From: Paraphysomonas bandaiensis
Lineage: Eukaryota > Protista > Chrysophyceae
Length of the DNA stretch: 64,000 nucleotides
Direction: 5' to 3'
Assembly: GCA_965644295.1 (NCBI GenBank)
Contig: CBFFRP010000181.1
Span: 1 to 64,000, forward strand
Within the stretch, counting starts at the first letter, position 1; each line of letters opens with the position of its first letter. The notes beneath the pieces were generated by a model. That model was not told the origin of the DNA and did not search any database. It saw only the letters and a program-made list of their open reading frames with translations. Positions 23,019-35,823 of the stretch are shown here, piece after piece. Made by a program: the position numbers and the translations under genes.

Positions 23019-23969
23019 CTATATTTGTACTTGGTTGGCGGTACCACAGCTTACACATGACACTTGGAACAGTCGCACCCCTACAAAGCATCAGAAATGA
23101 CCAAAAACACAAACGATAGACTGGTCTGGGTACTTTATCAATACAATTTTCACAACCGAAGCAGTCATTTTTGCAGTACACAGTTCACATACCTGCTGGA
23201 GGGATAACAGATATCATGCTACGACATCTCCCACATTGGACTTGTATTTGTTGCCGGGATGGATATGTGCTGGACTGCTGAACCTGCGAATTATGTAAGT
23301 GTGACTGGTGTCCATATGTCGGCTGTTGATGCTGAGGGTAGGAGTACTGCTGGGGACATCCACCACTTGAGCATCCGTGGTAGGTTTGATGCTGTGGATA
23401 TCCACCATTTGAGCTATGATAAGAGTGTTGCTGATACTGAGAATACGGTTGATTGCGGTGACTGATAGATTCTTCATAACTTGGTGGGGCGCTGTGTTCT
23501 ATGGGTCGAGTCTGCAATACGTTAAATTAATAGCGTAGTAAAGATACTTTTTATACCGGCAACAACATACAACAGCTGGACCACATACTGCACTGGAGAG
23601 CACACACAAATACGAACAATAGATCACTATCTCAAACTGTATATATCATTATATAAGAATGATGTAACACACCTCTGTTGGTGCATCTATCTCATTAAAA
23701 TGAGGGTTCATCTGAGCTACTATCGTGTCACATAATCCATCTCTAGATATAAACTCTTGTAATGATATACATCCATTTCCATCATGATCAAATAATGGCC
23801 AAAGGGATTGAATGATTCCTCGTAAGGTAGATCCCTCTATAGCAGGGAATGTATGGATTAATGCGTCTTCGACCTCTCTTTGACTTAATGACCCGTTTCT
23901 ACTTGTATCGAAATAACGGAACCATTGTTCAGGATGTTGTGATATGTCTGGGACAGTATTTGTATCCAT
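23019..23969 (-). CDS. EF-hand protein with PPxY motif, Q/Y/H-rich linker and C-terminal CxxC..CxxC zinc ribbon (3 exons)
   Basis: FDTSRNGSLSQREV and FDHDGNGCISLQEF; APPSYEE; splicing from ~23192 to ~23080 gives CGRCRSMISVIPPAGVRLFQVSCVSCGTANQVQI*. Confidence 0.75.
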
Positions 23970-24115
23970 TGTGGTATGTGATGTGCTTATACGAAAGATG
24001 TGTATGTTGTAAGACCTCCTAATGATATATACATAGTCAATTACTCGACACTCTTGAACTGCTGTACTGATATAACAGAGATAGACCCATATACACATAC
24101 ACTGCTGTGCGTACC

Positions 24116-24127
24116 TAGGAATTCCTA
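24116..24127. promoter_or_regulatory. TAGGAATTCCTA palindrome between divergent genes
   Basis: Second copy of the motif. Confidence 0.5.
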
Positions 24128-24356
24128 CCTACTTACATCTTCGTAGAGATACAGTGTATATGTACATAGAAGGGGCAACCTACACAGCAACATATAGTAT
24201 ACTGTTATGTACATAATTGGCTATCAATCCACACCACTACTATATAGAATGTGCGTGTCCACTGTCGAGCAAATCTCATTCATATATTAGCTTCTATTTT
24301 AACATTTTAATACAAATCCTCTCTAATCATTTCCATTATTCCAACGAAATTAAATA

Positions 24357-25429
24357 ATGAGCGACGACGTGAATACTATCATAAGAAATGCTAAAACAAG
24401 AGCATCTATACTGTCCTCATTAGACAATTCATTCGGAGGGAAGGGATCATCTCTATCATCATCTAAAACTAAAACTAACCCTCAAAGAGAGTCTATAGGT
24501 GGATCAAAGGAAAACAGTCGGGATAAAATGATTAGTAATTTAATGGAGTTAGTGGGAGATAGTTCAGATCGTACTCGAGGGAAGGTTAGTGAGCAGCTAG
24601 TGGGGAAATCACTGGTGTTGGAGTCTGTGAAGCAGTCAGAAACTGTAGCATCGAAATTAAATAAGTAAGTGCTTGGTTGTTTTGCACTATGTCGGTGATT
24701 TTCTGTTAACATTATTTAGACTGGCACGCGGCAAACATAGAGCATCAAACAGGCAAATGCGCTGTGTGTCAGCAATTTACTCTGACAAGGCCGCTGCTGG
24801 AATTACGGAGGACGTGCTTCAGGATCTGCAGCAGGGATGGGTAGACTATGCATCCATGGTTATCAATGCCTGCAAAACTCCTGCTCAGCTTCAATCAAGG
24901 TGACCCATTGCGAAGAAAAGTGTGATATATGATTTTAACACTGTCCAACAGGCTACTGTGTATGGATATGGTGGGGGCAAAGGTTGCATTGCTACAGCCT
25001 TCAAAATTGGTTCCATATCCTATCGAACACACCACTTTACAGTGGGGGACAATTTTGGCAGAATCAATGAACTGTTTTCATATCGCATATATTACTGTTC
25101 AACCTCCTAAAAGTAGTAAACACCGAAGACGAAGAAGAAAGAGGAAGTTGGAAAGTATCCAAAATTCAGGTGATGTAGAGCATGGCGACCAAGTTATTAC
25201 TAGCAATAATGTAATCCAGTCATCTGAGACACCCACCTTATCACCCGATCCACCGAAAAAGTATGTGGTTTTAAGAAAAGCCGTGAAGCACACTTCTATT
25301 TTCGCGGTGTCCTTGCCTTCAGTTTTGGGGCAAGCTGGAAATAAGGACGGGCTGTGTATTATTCACGGGAAACAACACCTTCCACATATAAAACAGAATT
25401 TTTGCTTGGGAAATATAATTAATAGTTGA
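24357..25429 (+). CDS. POP4: RNase P/MRP subunit p29 (POP4/Rpp29)-like, 3 exons
   Basis: LQQGWVDYA...LLCMDMVGAKV...GTILAESMNCFHI...KHTSIFAV...IIHGK follows the Rpp29 pattern; introns ~24665-24719 and ~24900-24951. Confidence 0.7.
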
Positions 25430-25809
25430 GAAGTATACGTATTTAATAAAAATCTGACTATTGTAAACCCACCCAACTCCCAATGCTATTGATGTATTGA
25501 TGTTTGTATAATAGTTTGTCCTGTGTTAGATTATGGCGGGGAACACTGCATCATTGCTTTAAAGCTAGTTCTTCATTTATAAAACAAATTAAAGGTGTCA
25601 TTAGTATTTGTTGTTGTATACGTTTTAGGGTTAGGGCTTTAGAAGATGACATGCTTTGATATCTACTACTATCTATCTATAAAAAAATAAAAAATAAGAA
25701 GATTACTGTCAGCTGTCAGTACCCTTATCATATTATAACGCTAAGATATTAGATGTAATATCGAGAATAAGTGCTACTAATGTTCGAAAATATACAACTA
25801 TTACATTAT

Positions 25810-26988
25810 TTATAGGGCGACACTCCTGCCTGTTTGAATTATTGTGCGAATAATATTCTCTGCCTGATCTACATTGGCCCTATATTTTCCCAATATTTTT
25901 ACGACTTGGTGGTTACCATCAGAGCTCACATTATCCTTGTCCGTTATAACCTTACAGCCAGTTTTATTCATAATCTTGCGCACCGTGGTGCCTTGCTTCC
26001 CAATAATCAAAGGAATACGAGAAATGGGACACTGAATATCTTTCGAGCATTTCGGCGAAGTTCTAGCCTGAATTAGATCATCTACTACTTCCTTGGCACT
26101 GGCAACAAGATTTGAGCATACTCCGCTAATAACTACAATGCTAGGGTCTCCCTCGTGAATGATAAAGTTACACCCGAAAGTGGATTTAAGATTCCGGAGG
26201 GTTGCCCCATTCTTCCCAATTACAACTCCTAATCTTTGCTTTGGGCATATTATTTCCACCTGACAAACCATATCTGTGTGATTACGTATGTCAAACAAAG
26301 AGGAAGTATCTATTGGTGTTGCATCTAGTAAAATAACGCTATCGGCCACATCTACCATCCCAGCACGTTCTAGCAGATCAGAGCTGAAACCATTGAGAAA
26401 AATAAACCCTCCGGCCCCATAGACTTGAAAATATTTTTCAAACTGATTTCTGATCTTTCCAATAGCGAGCTTGGGATTACATGCCAGTGCACTGGACCCG
26501 AAATATGTCTTACAGTCTAACCAGTTTACCATGCGCCCATTGATTATGCACCCATGTGGAAAGAGGAAATCGGGTGTTCGTGTAAGCCCGACCTTCTTTA
26601 AACTACTCTCTACCACGACAGTTAGATCAGAGTGTGATCGCAAAAACTTCTCAACAGCTCGTTCAAAATTCTCAGCATGACTGTTGCTATCACTGGCAGA
26701 TCCCATACTTCGCTCTGAATGAAATGAACCACCATAAGACATGGCTCTGATAAACTGACGACGCAAGCTCATAGCTCCAGTTATAGTGAACCCTCTCATC
26801 AATGCCTGCTCTTCAATCTCATGTTGTCTTATAAGGGGAAGATCGAATCCTCTACCGCTTTCATATGGGGATCTTATGAGTACATGTTTCATATCCATTT
26901 CATCTTTGTAAGTCGGATTGGAACCAAGACCCCATGAGATACTCACCATACTCGAAATTCTATGTTTCTTACTGGGTGGACCTTTCAT
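25810..26988 (-). CDS. TPD-family (CDIN1/C15orf41-like) PD-(D/E)xK nuclease domain fused to two KH domains
   Basis: TPDFLF...INGRMVNWLDCKTYFG...QFEKYFQVYGAGGFIFLNGF; KH GxxG loops VVIGKNGATLRNL and LIIGKQGTTVRKI; single ORF. Confidence 0.8.
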   Translation of the reverse strand: MKGPPSKKHRISSMVSISWGLGSNPTYKDEMDMKHVLIRSPYESGRGFDLPLIRQHEIEEQALMRGFTITGAMSLRRQFIRAMSYGGSFHSERSMGSASDSNSHAENFERAVEKFLRSHSDLTVVVESSLKKVGLTRTPDFLFPHGCIINGRMVNWLDCKTYFGSSALACNPKLAIGKIRNQFEKYFQVYGAGGFIFLNGFSSDLLERAGMVDVADSVILLDATPIDTSSLFDIRNHTDMVCQVEIICPKQRLGVVIGKNGATLRNLKSTFGCNFIIHEGDPSIVVISGVCSNLVASAKEVVDDLIQARTSPKCSKDIQCPISRIPLIIGKQGTTVRKIMNKTGCKVITDKDNVSSDGNHQVVKILGKYRANVDQAENIIRTIIQTGRSVAL

Positions 26989-28204
26989 TTATAACTTTTT
27001 TCTCGTTGATATAGGTATTGGATCGATGTTGTTATAGATAATATTTATCAGTCGCTGAGTGATATGGAGACGTATATATTAACTGGCCTGTGAATAATCG
27101 TCATTTGGACAGAAAATTATGTGCAACAAGAATTACGTAAAAGTAAAAAGTAAAAGTTTTCACAGAAAAACAATTCAAGTCACGAAATATCCAGGATTTC
27201 ATAGGAAAGGGAGAAAAGGTGACATAGCTGCATATACAGTGTACCGTATACTGCTTGCAGTGTAGGACGCCGTTTTGTTGCAGCTTGTTCGCTGCTACTG
27301 CCCAATGCAGGCCAGATATAGTCCATAACTCTCGAATTTTATGTCACGACAACCTCACTGTTCAATACACATAACACGACTATAGGTTCATATAGAAGCA
27401 CTTCATGTGAGAGTCAAGTGGTGAATGTATAGCGTAGTACCCCATAAGAGTATAGTCACAGTGCTAACCTCATCATTATATACTTATACTTATAATAAAA
27501 TAATACGAGGATTCGTGCCATAAACTATAAAGCTTGACTAAGCATGCAGATCTTCATTATAATCAACACACCACACTTCAATTTATTGGTACCAGATATT
27601 AATATTTTTAATACTCATCAATATTATTAAGGCATATTCTTCAAACTTAAATTCACAGAAGGAAGGAAGAAATGAGCCTGTAAGTTAGTCCAGAATGTGA
27701 TGGATTGTCAATGTTTTATTTTATGTATGAGCTTCACTATTGTTGTCCGAAGCAAAATTTATTTTTACAATAATTGTAAACCACCTTGTGATACTTGTAA
27801 TCTTCAATATACACACTGATAAGAATGTATCGCATTTGCTGTAATAAATAAGCTTTTTCGTTAAGTATAAGTGTGTGTCTGTGCAGCTGAGTCACGACCA
27901 ACACATGCACATATTCGCAAGTATGTAGTAGTATGAATATCACGAGAATTAATATTATAGTATATTGCATTCCCTCATTACACTTACCTTTATTCCTATA
28001 AAATGCTTCTTCTGTGTGAATACAGAAATATAAATTACCTGTGTAAGATGTAGGGAGAATAACTCTAACGTTACATTGCTATGGGCAATTTAGAGGGTTG
28101 CTGGAAGCAGTACAAAGAGCGATTCTATATATTATTTATATCAACATAACAATAACATATAAACAAGATAGGTAATTCCACAGAATAGACTCACAAGTCA
28201 TTCA

Positions 28205-29347
28205 CTAACCCTTGTTCTGGATTTCTACTACTGCCTCATCATCTAGTACAATATCTGCAGCTAATAATATGTGGTCCGACGGCTCTAATCGATTAGGAAG
28301 TGGCCCCCCAACACTATCTCTATGAGGAAGCGGTTCAACAGACTGCACTTTCCAATGTCTGGATAGAAATATGTAATCGAGAGTATCAATGAAGGGCTCT
28401 TCATTTCGGACGCGGGCATGATTGGTAAAATCTGGCTCACTACCAGTGGCATCCACATAAGCACTTCGCATGGGTTGCACTTCCGCGCGCCAATTATCTC
28501 CTGGTACAGCATCTGGTACCTCTGGGTGACATCCAATCTCACTCCCCTCCGCTCGTCCTTTGGTAAGCACTTGGTGCATAGTCGATCCAGGTTTAATATT
28601 GAAATCGCCGGCAAGAACATAAGGAATATTCCTAGATAACCTCTGCAAATGCTGGGCTGCTAAACTACAGTGTATGGTCATTACTTGAGGAGTTCTGAAA
28701 ACACAAGGCATATGATAGTTGCCAACGATAAATGACTGCCCGTTCGATTTATTCGTAAGCGAGGCACATATCATTTGATTTTGACGTCGCAAAGCCTCTT
28801 GCCAGACCACCTCCTCAGAAGTTTTCGATGTTCGGGGTTTTACTATTCTGTATCCACTGGTTATGTTTGACAAAACACCGTTGAAAAAGTCTATTGCTTT
28901 TGTCAAAAATGTCTCATCAATCTGGCGACGCAGGGGATATTTCTTCGTGTCAGCTATTCGGGTAATATCAAGTCCAGTTACATCATAATGCTCCGACGAA
29001 AACGCAATGGCAACACCCATGTTACCATCAAAGCGGTTGCCATACAAAGCAGGTATAAAATTGTATTTTTTACTGGCAAAGTACATGTACAATTTTCCCG
29101 CCCACTCTGCACTGACCTCCTGCAGGCATATAATCGAATTACGAGAGACTTCGGTGTCAATTTTTTTTGTCAACAAATTCATTCGGTAATCAGCATCCAA
29201 GTATTCTGAATTACAATGAGTAAAGTAGTCTGGCTCTGCAAGACGTGAACTTAAGACATTGTAAGTAACTATTCGGTAAGTAGTGAAGGCTCGGGCCACA
29301 CGACCAGAATAGACCCTGTTGATAGGCAATACCCATCTCATGTGCAT
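28205..29347 (-). CDS. EEP-family CCR4/nocturnin/PDE12-like deadenylase/phosphatase, possible mitochondrial presequence
   Basis: TYNVL, ICLQEV, GNYHMP, LAGDFN, TLDYIF, PSDH; R-rich N-terminus. Confidence 0.88.
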   Translation of the reverse strand: MHMRWVLPINRVYSGRVARAFTTYRIVTYNVLSSRLAEPDYFTHCNSEYLDADYRMNLLTKKIDTEVSRNSIICLQEVSAEWAGKLYMYFASKKYNFIPALYGNRFDGNMGVAIAFSSEHYDVTGLDITRIADTKKYPLRRQIDETFLTKAIDFFNGVLSNITSGYRIVKPRTSKTSEEVVWQEALRRQNQMICASLTNKSNGQSFIVGNYHMPCVFRTPQVMTIHCSLAAQHLQRLSRNIPYVLAGDFNIKPGSTMHQVLTKGRAEGSEIGCHPEVPDAVPGDNWRAEVQPMRSAYVDATGSEPDFTNHARVRNEEPFIDTLDYIFLSRHWKVQSVEPLPHRDSVGGPLPNRLEPSDHILLAADIVLDDEAVVEIQNKG

Positions 29348-29688
29348 GATACAAACGACTCTTGGACAATTTTCTACAAACAACTTGAAAACACTGCACT
29401 TCTATAACTAGTTGTGCAAGTTTAATTCAACAGTACACTATTGTGCATTTGACTGCATCAGATGGTATGCAAGAAACAACTGGTCCACACTGCCCATCCG
29501 GAATTCAACCAATACATCCAATCCTCTCTTCTAAACATTTTCAGTTTTCTGCAAATGTCTATTTAAGATCCTTTCTTACTTCTGGTTTTTTTGTGGAAGG
29601 GCTGAAAACAAAACTTAACATAAGTAACACAGCCTTAACTAAGCAAATCTCCATTACTCATTATTATTTGCTGGGGTTTCAGATTACT

Positions 29689-30452
29689 ATGGTAATAATT
29701 CATATCATGTATTGATTCTTAGCTAACTTGTTTTTTCTGTGCTATGTTTTTCTCTACTGGACTTATATCAGGTCTCTCTTAAGTTACAGAAGAGGTATGA
29801 TGATATATTTTATTATGAAGATGAAACCCTTATAATATCAATAGGCTTGCTGCCTCAGTCTTGAAATGCGGAAAGAAGAAGGTCTGGCTGGATCCTAATG
29901 AGGCTACAGAGATCTCTGTTGCTAATAGCCGTCAAAATATTCGCAAGCTTGTCAAAGATGGATTCATCATTAGGAAGCCTCAAGTGGTTCACTCAAAGGC
30001 TCGTCACAACCGTCAGTTGGAGGCAAAGAGGAAGGGTCGTCATACTGGTAGGATTATATGCGATGATTGATATTGTTGTTATTGTATCATTACATGTTTA
30101 ATGCAAAAATGTAGGGTACGGTTGCCGTAAGGGTACCATGAACGCGCGTATGCCTTTCAAGGTGCTCTGGATGAGACGTGCACGCGTTCTCCGTCGCCTT
30201 CTTCGCAAGTACAGAGATGCAAAGAAGATCGATAAGCATCTCTACCACGAGCTGTACGCTGCCTCCAAGGGTAACCAGTTCAAGAACAAGAGAGTTTTGA
30301 TGGAGACTATTCACAGTAAGAAGGCGGAGCTCGCCAGACAAAAGCTCCTTGCCGAGCAGGCTGAGGCCCGCAAGGTTAAGGCCAAGCTTAAGGCTGAGAA
30401 GAAGGCTGCGAAGGACCAGAAGAAGCACGCGGAGAGGGCTTCTGAAGAGTAA
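29689..30452 (+). CDS. RPL19: 60S ribosomal protein L19 (eL19), 4 exons: 29689-29691, 29772-29794, 29845-30047, 30115-30452
   Basis: Spliced product [28 protein letters not shown]...[20 protein letters not shown]...[13 protein letters not shown]. Confidence 0.97.
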
Positions 30453-31286
30453 ATATTGACCTGTTGACACCCCAGCGTAGTTGGTGAATTGATTGATATG
30501 CATCTTGTATTAATTCAATTAATTCCTGATGATAAATCTTGATTAGCCTATATGACTTCATTATGAAATATAATGTATACAAGGCAGCCCTTACGGTAAC
30601 GCACAGTCAGCCGTGAACATCGCATGTCAGTCTTGTAGCCGATGAATCGAATCCTACCTGGACGCCTATATTTTATATACTACCTACAACAGAAAAAGCA
30701 AGACCATAATACCACTGAATTATATGTAACACACTGGTATCGATTAGTATTAGAAGTATAACTGTATGTAGAATGTTGTGGTGGTGCGTTGTAAAGAATG
30801 GTTGAAAAGTGTCGATGGATCCGATCGTCGTCTCCCTGTGTCGGTTGTGTACAATGTACAAGTAATCGTGCTGACCTATAGCAGAGAAAAGTCAACGCTC
30901 AGATAGTTTTTGGTTTTCGACAAAGCATGCTGTTGACACTACAGTAATGATCAATATAAGCTTAAGCTCTTTCATTAAAATTCAAGTCTCCATGAGTAGA
31001 CGACGGGACTCGGTATCGAGTATGAATTATGAATTCATGATTATCAATTATTGAAATTGAAATAATTGATACTGGGACAGTTAGCCATGCTTGCAATTAT
31101 AATTGACTACAGCTTGCTTCAAGTAGTTGTCAATTAATTGATAAAAAATACCGTTAATTTGACACTGGCAAGGTATAAATGGTTTGGAGTACGTATATTT
31201 TTGATAATAGATATTACACATAATCATAAGCATAAGCAGTACAAACTACAAATTACTTGCAGCTATTTATAAGTTCAAAGTTATTT

Positions 31287-31480
31287 TAGGACGCAAAAAT
31301 CTTGAAGTTAGCAGATGTCAGGTATATCAACATTCTACTTGCTCACTGCCTTTGCTTTGAGTACACCTTAGTGCTTGCGGTGTATAGTAGGATATCAGAG
31401 TTAAGTACTAGTTAGTTTAATTTTGTTTTGTTACATTAGTCCTAACTCTTAAACACCTATAGCTAATAGTCAGACACTCA
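31287..31480 (+). mobile_element. Family A element, degenerate internal/3' fragment
   Basis: GAAGTTAGCAGATGTCAGGTATATCAACATTCT... matches 36688-36748. Confidence 0.7.
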
Positions 31481-31925
31481 CCACTATTATTCTCAACATC
31501 GAAACTGCTTTGATACAAATAGCGATGATGACTGGAAGGCAGTATTGCATGCATGTTGTTATAAAACAGCATATTTTGTTTAGGAATCAAATTGGCTTTA
31601 TCTATATAATAATTCATTTAATTGATGAACAATATGAGTGATAAGCGAACTGCACCAGAATTTACCGCACGAGTGTTCTTTCATGATTTGTACCGAAAAT
31701 CGAGAACTCTAACGAATGCGAGGAAGCTTCGTAAGAAAGATCTTTTATGCCCAGTAGTCAAAAAATATCCACTAAGTAATAAGTGACCGCGTGACCGCTA
31801 TATGCTTCTATCTGGCCACTTGCTATCATGCGAGTTTGATTCTACTGTGAAATGGAGCATGTCATTAGTATGGGACGACCGACTTGATACTCTTTCAATG
31901 TGTGTTAATCGAATTACAGGAGGGG

Positions 31926-32233
31926 TATATTGAAAGTCTTATTATTAGCATTATTAGAGGCGTTAAGAATCAAGAAGAAAACTAGTCAAACTCTAGATAG
32001 ACGTCTACCTGTAACTAACTAGTACACACTCTATTACCCTACTATTTAACGCTACGGAGGCTGCTTGTACGTCGCCGCAAGCACCAAGGTGCAACCACCT
32101 CCGCTATATCGCTCAAAGCAAACACCGTGAGCAAGCAGAATGTTGATATACCTGACATATGCTGACTTCAGGTTTTTTGAGTCCTTAAGGTGGACACCAC
32201 GAAAAGGTGCGAGTCCGACTTTGCTGAGGGATT
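31926..32233 (-). mobile_element. Family A element with internal deletion
   Basis: Reverse complement: ATCCCCTCAGCAAAGTCGGACTCGCACCTTTTCGTGGTGT joined to CCACCTTAAGGACTC..., then GNRA hairpin and tail. Confidence 0.85.
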
Positions 32234-33650
32234 ACAGGAGGAAGATGAACACCAGCTTGATCTCTACGACGTTCGTACATTGTTTGACGAACTCATTACA
32301 AGACACAAGACACCTGATTGTTGAGCGTCATCTGGGCGACAATGTTGCTATTATTCATACCACTTCTTCAAAAAGGAAATCGTGAAGATTCCAGGTGGCA
32401 ACAGAGCCTCACTTATTGCCAAGACGGAAAAGACTGGATCGAATTAAAATATATCGTGGCCTCTGGGATGAAATCACAGTTGCGAGTTGAGCAAGCTATG
32501 TTTCAGCTAATGTACATCTACTTGAGCACGTAGTTTAGTAACAATTAAATTATAATTAATTGCAATTCAATTAATTTGGATTTGGACTACAACCTGCGCC
32601 AATTAATTGACAAAAGATAATTGTTATGCAGCCCTGGCTAGCTGGTCAGCAATAAATAATTCTCAACATAACCGGACTTCACCTTAACATTATTATACTT
32701 ATGGTGCTTGAAGTACATAGTTCAAACTAATGTAACAGAGAGAAAACATACATTCAAAATCATACACTAACATTCGATACTTAGTAACCTTACGACACGT
32801 AGTAACACTTACTTCTATTCACACTTAGTAACAACTTAGTAACACTTACTTCTACATTACTATACTTACTTCTACATTGGTATATATATACATATTAACA
32901 TCAGTCATTGGGGTGCAGGATGCATCTAGTCTGGGACAGGATACTTCCAGAATCTGGCCAGGCCCAAACACGATCTCCAGAATATGTAACCTCTCATAGA
33001 AAATGCCACTGATATTGTTCGTGGGTATCACTTGGAATAGCTCATGCGCCCTGGCCACTGTTGCAACAGCGTGCCACCTTACACAAAGTACTCATGTTAT
33101 GTCGACAGAGCCTCATTGTATCCAATTATCAAGTTGCTGTAGAAAGTACGACTTGTAGAGCAGAATAGCTTGCTGCACTACTGTCCAATGTGGCAACACA
33201 ATACCAACTTTCCATAATATGCATGTAAGTCCAAAAGAATTACTGTTACATATATATCTTTGTCGATCCACTCGCGCTAATTGCCTTTACCAGTCACTAT
33301 ATAATAGTATACATATATAAAGCCCATCCAGTGCCAACTCGATGTCTGAATAGTGTAACGATGAAACTTTGATGATAGCTGACATGATATTAATGCTGTG
33401 TATGACAAGATATCCAACAAAAACATCTGTCCAGCTCTATTATCAAAGTATCATAGAATTCATTTATAAGAACTTTCCGTGAAAAGTATCTGAAGTTTCT
33501 TTATAGTTAATTCTGCTGCATGTGAACTCTTCTTCATATTAAACTTCACTTTAGTTGTTTACGTGAAATTACTGATAGACGAATTGTACTACGATCGTAC
33601 AGCCATAATACCATTCGTTATCTCTGTACGCACGCTGTGGTATATATACA

Positions 33651-33662
33651 TAGGAATTCCTA
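33651..33662. promoter_or_regulatory. TAGGAATTCCTA palindrome
   Basis: Third copy of the motif. Confidence 0.45.
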
Positions 33663-34634
33663 CTGCTGTACACATGTACACATACAGCGGGGCTGTTGTT
33701 CCCCAAGCATCCCTTTCATATTGTATCTATCCCTTCTTATCGTATATCTAGATACATACTGTACTTCACATTATAGAAGCAGATCGAAACACTTCCACTT
33801 CATACCAAACACTCACTTCTCACTTTGTCTTCTGTATATATATATATCTACAGTATATATATGAGATAGTATCCATATTATTCAGGTATGTACCTACAAT
33901 GCAGTACTGCTCTACCGTTCGGAATAATGCAGAGATAGCTAAATAACATGTACGATAGTACTATTTTTACAAGCAAGTGGTTTGAGAAGATATGAAGTGG
34001 GGGTCTTAGGCAGTATTCCTCCCATAATAATGACGACCTGTTGTGAACTTCTCTTAAACTGAAAATATGGTGTAGTTGTGGTGATATATATCTTTCAATG
34101 AATCTTCCCTGCTGCCTCGTCTGTTATTGTATCTGAAGGGTTGAAGGGTGGGAAGATATGAGGTGTGTGTGTATGTATGTACAGTATGTGTAATTTCGCG
34201 GGGCTGAAGGGATTTTCATATATGGTAAGATATACTGAAGTGGTGACTACAGCAGAATGCATAGGAAGTACAGATAGGCTGTAATATTCAGTTGGAAGGA
34301 AGTGAAGTCATCGTATGTGAATGTATGTGAATGATGATGCAATTGTGGAATAGCATATAGCGAGAGATGTACAGCACTTCTATGCCTAATAACAGTGACG
34401 TCTGTACATTATACTATACCACTGTACAACATATCATATGATACTACCAGTAGTATATACGGCTCTACAGTACTAGTATATATTCATACGTTCAGTTGTG
34501 GGATCATATATGCATATATATAGTGGAATCACTCCCATATTAGCTACGTATTGATTAGATATTCGGTGGATGACTTCCAGAAGCAACTATCGTTAAACTG
34601 TACCATAATATACAGTATATACATATACATAGTA

Positions 34635-35823
34635 ATGGATAGTGTTTATGCCAGTGATAAATACTCTTATTACATGTTCCACTGTAACGAACAACCCTTA
34701 CAAGCTAATGATTCAGATGATAGTAGCTGGCAGATAATAAACCCACAAAGAAGCACAGGATGGAGTCCTCTGCCTTACTCTCAAGGCCAGAGTAGCACTC
34801 CTGTGTTCCGTACGGACGCAGTCGGGTATACTCATCGTGGTATTTGTATTTCTCGTTAGAAGTGTTATAGTTGACGCTGTCTTAGATGTAGCAGCAGGAG
34901 AACGCAATGAACCCCTATGTGTTCAACCAATGATATTACTCCCCAGCAATAAGATTGTACTGGTTCCCAAGGATGAAAATATAAATAACTCTCTGCTGCA
35001 AATGATTAGGGACCAGAAGTTATGTACGGGCCCCCTGTCCATGAATTCTACACCAAAGAAGTCTTTGTGGCTGAATATTTGTCCTGCATATCGAATGCCC
35101 GCCATGTCGTCCATGATACAGAGTTTAGGTGATTCGTGCATTGTTCCTATTTTACCTACCCCTCTCGCTTCTGTTCGTCTTCCACCGAAGCTTACTAATC
35201 CGAAATACATCACAAAATCTGAATCCTCGAATTCTTACCGCGTACAAGTCAACATCAGGAGTAAATCGTTTAAGAATAAGAAATTCAGTCGGAATGTGAG
35301 CAGCGTGAAGGATGCGATGTGGCTATGCGAATATGCCCTTATGATGAGTTGTAGTATCTCTTCTCTACAAGATCTTATAGCAAAAGGAAATTATGAGTGT
35401 TTTTTGCAAAGAAGAATGATAGATTCGCTTTCAGAGTTTTCTGTGAAGTTGAGGTCGAATGCTTTGGTATTCAAGAATTGTGGGATATTACGGCAACCTG
35501 AGTATGCATATGTACATGAGTTTTTAAGTTGCCACTCTTTTTCTGGTTTGGAATCAACCGCTGGTGATCATATGACGGGTAGAAAGAGAAATCGTGGAGA
35601 GGATGAAGGTGTACGATGTCATGAGAGTATGCATGATGTGGAAACATTTTTTGGGCAGCCAGAGAGTGTGTTTGGTAGTGAGAAAGAGGATCGTGGAGAG
35701 GGTGAAAGTGTACGATGTCATGATAGTATGAATGATATAGATATTCCCAGTACACACACCGTTAGGGCATTGTCTAAGCAACCGGAGATTGTGGTAGGCG
35801 GTGCTCAGAGTAACGAAAGATAG
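34635..35823 (+). CDS. Hypothetical protein with possible AP2-like DNA-binding region
   Basis: 328-codon ORF; KYITKSESSNSYRVQVNIRS...KFSRNVSSVKDAMWLCEYA resembles a three-strand-plus-helix AP2 pattern; possible short intron 34826-34859; start uncertain. Confidence 0.5.

Noticed and set aside
25623-25636. TTAGGG telomere-like repeats (also 45582-45602)
   Set aside because: Only 2-3 units, one set inside a coding exon.
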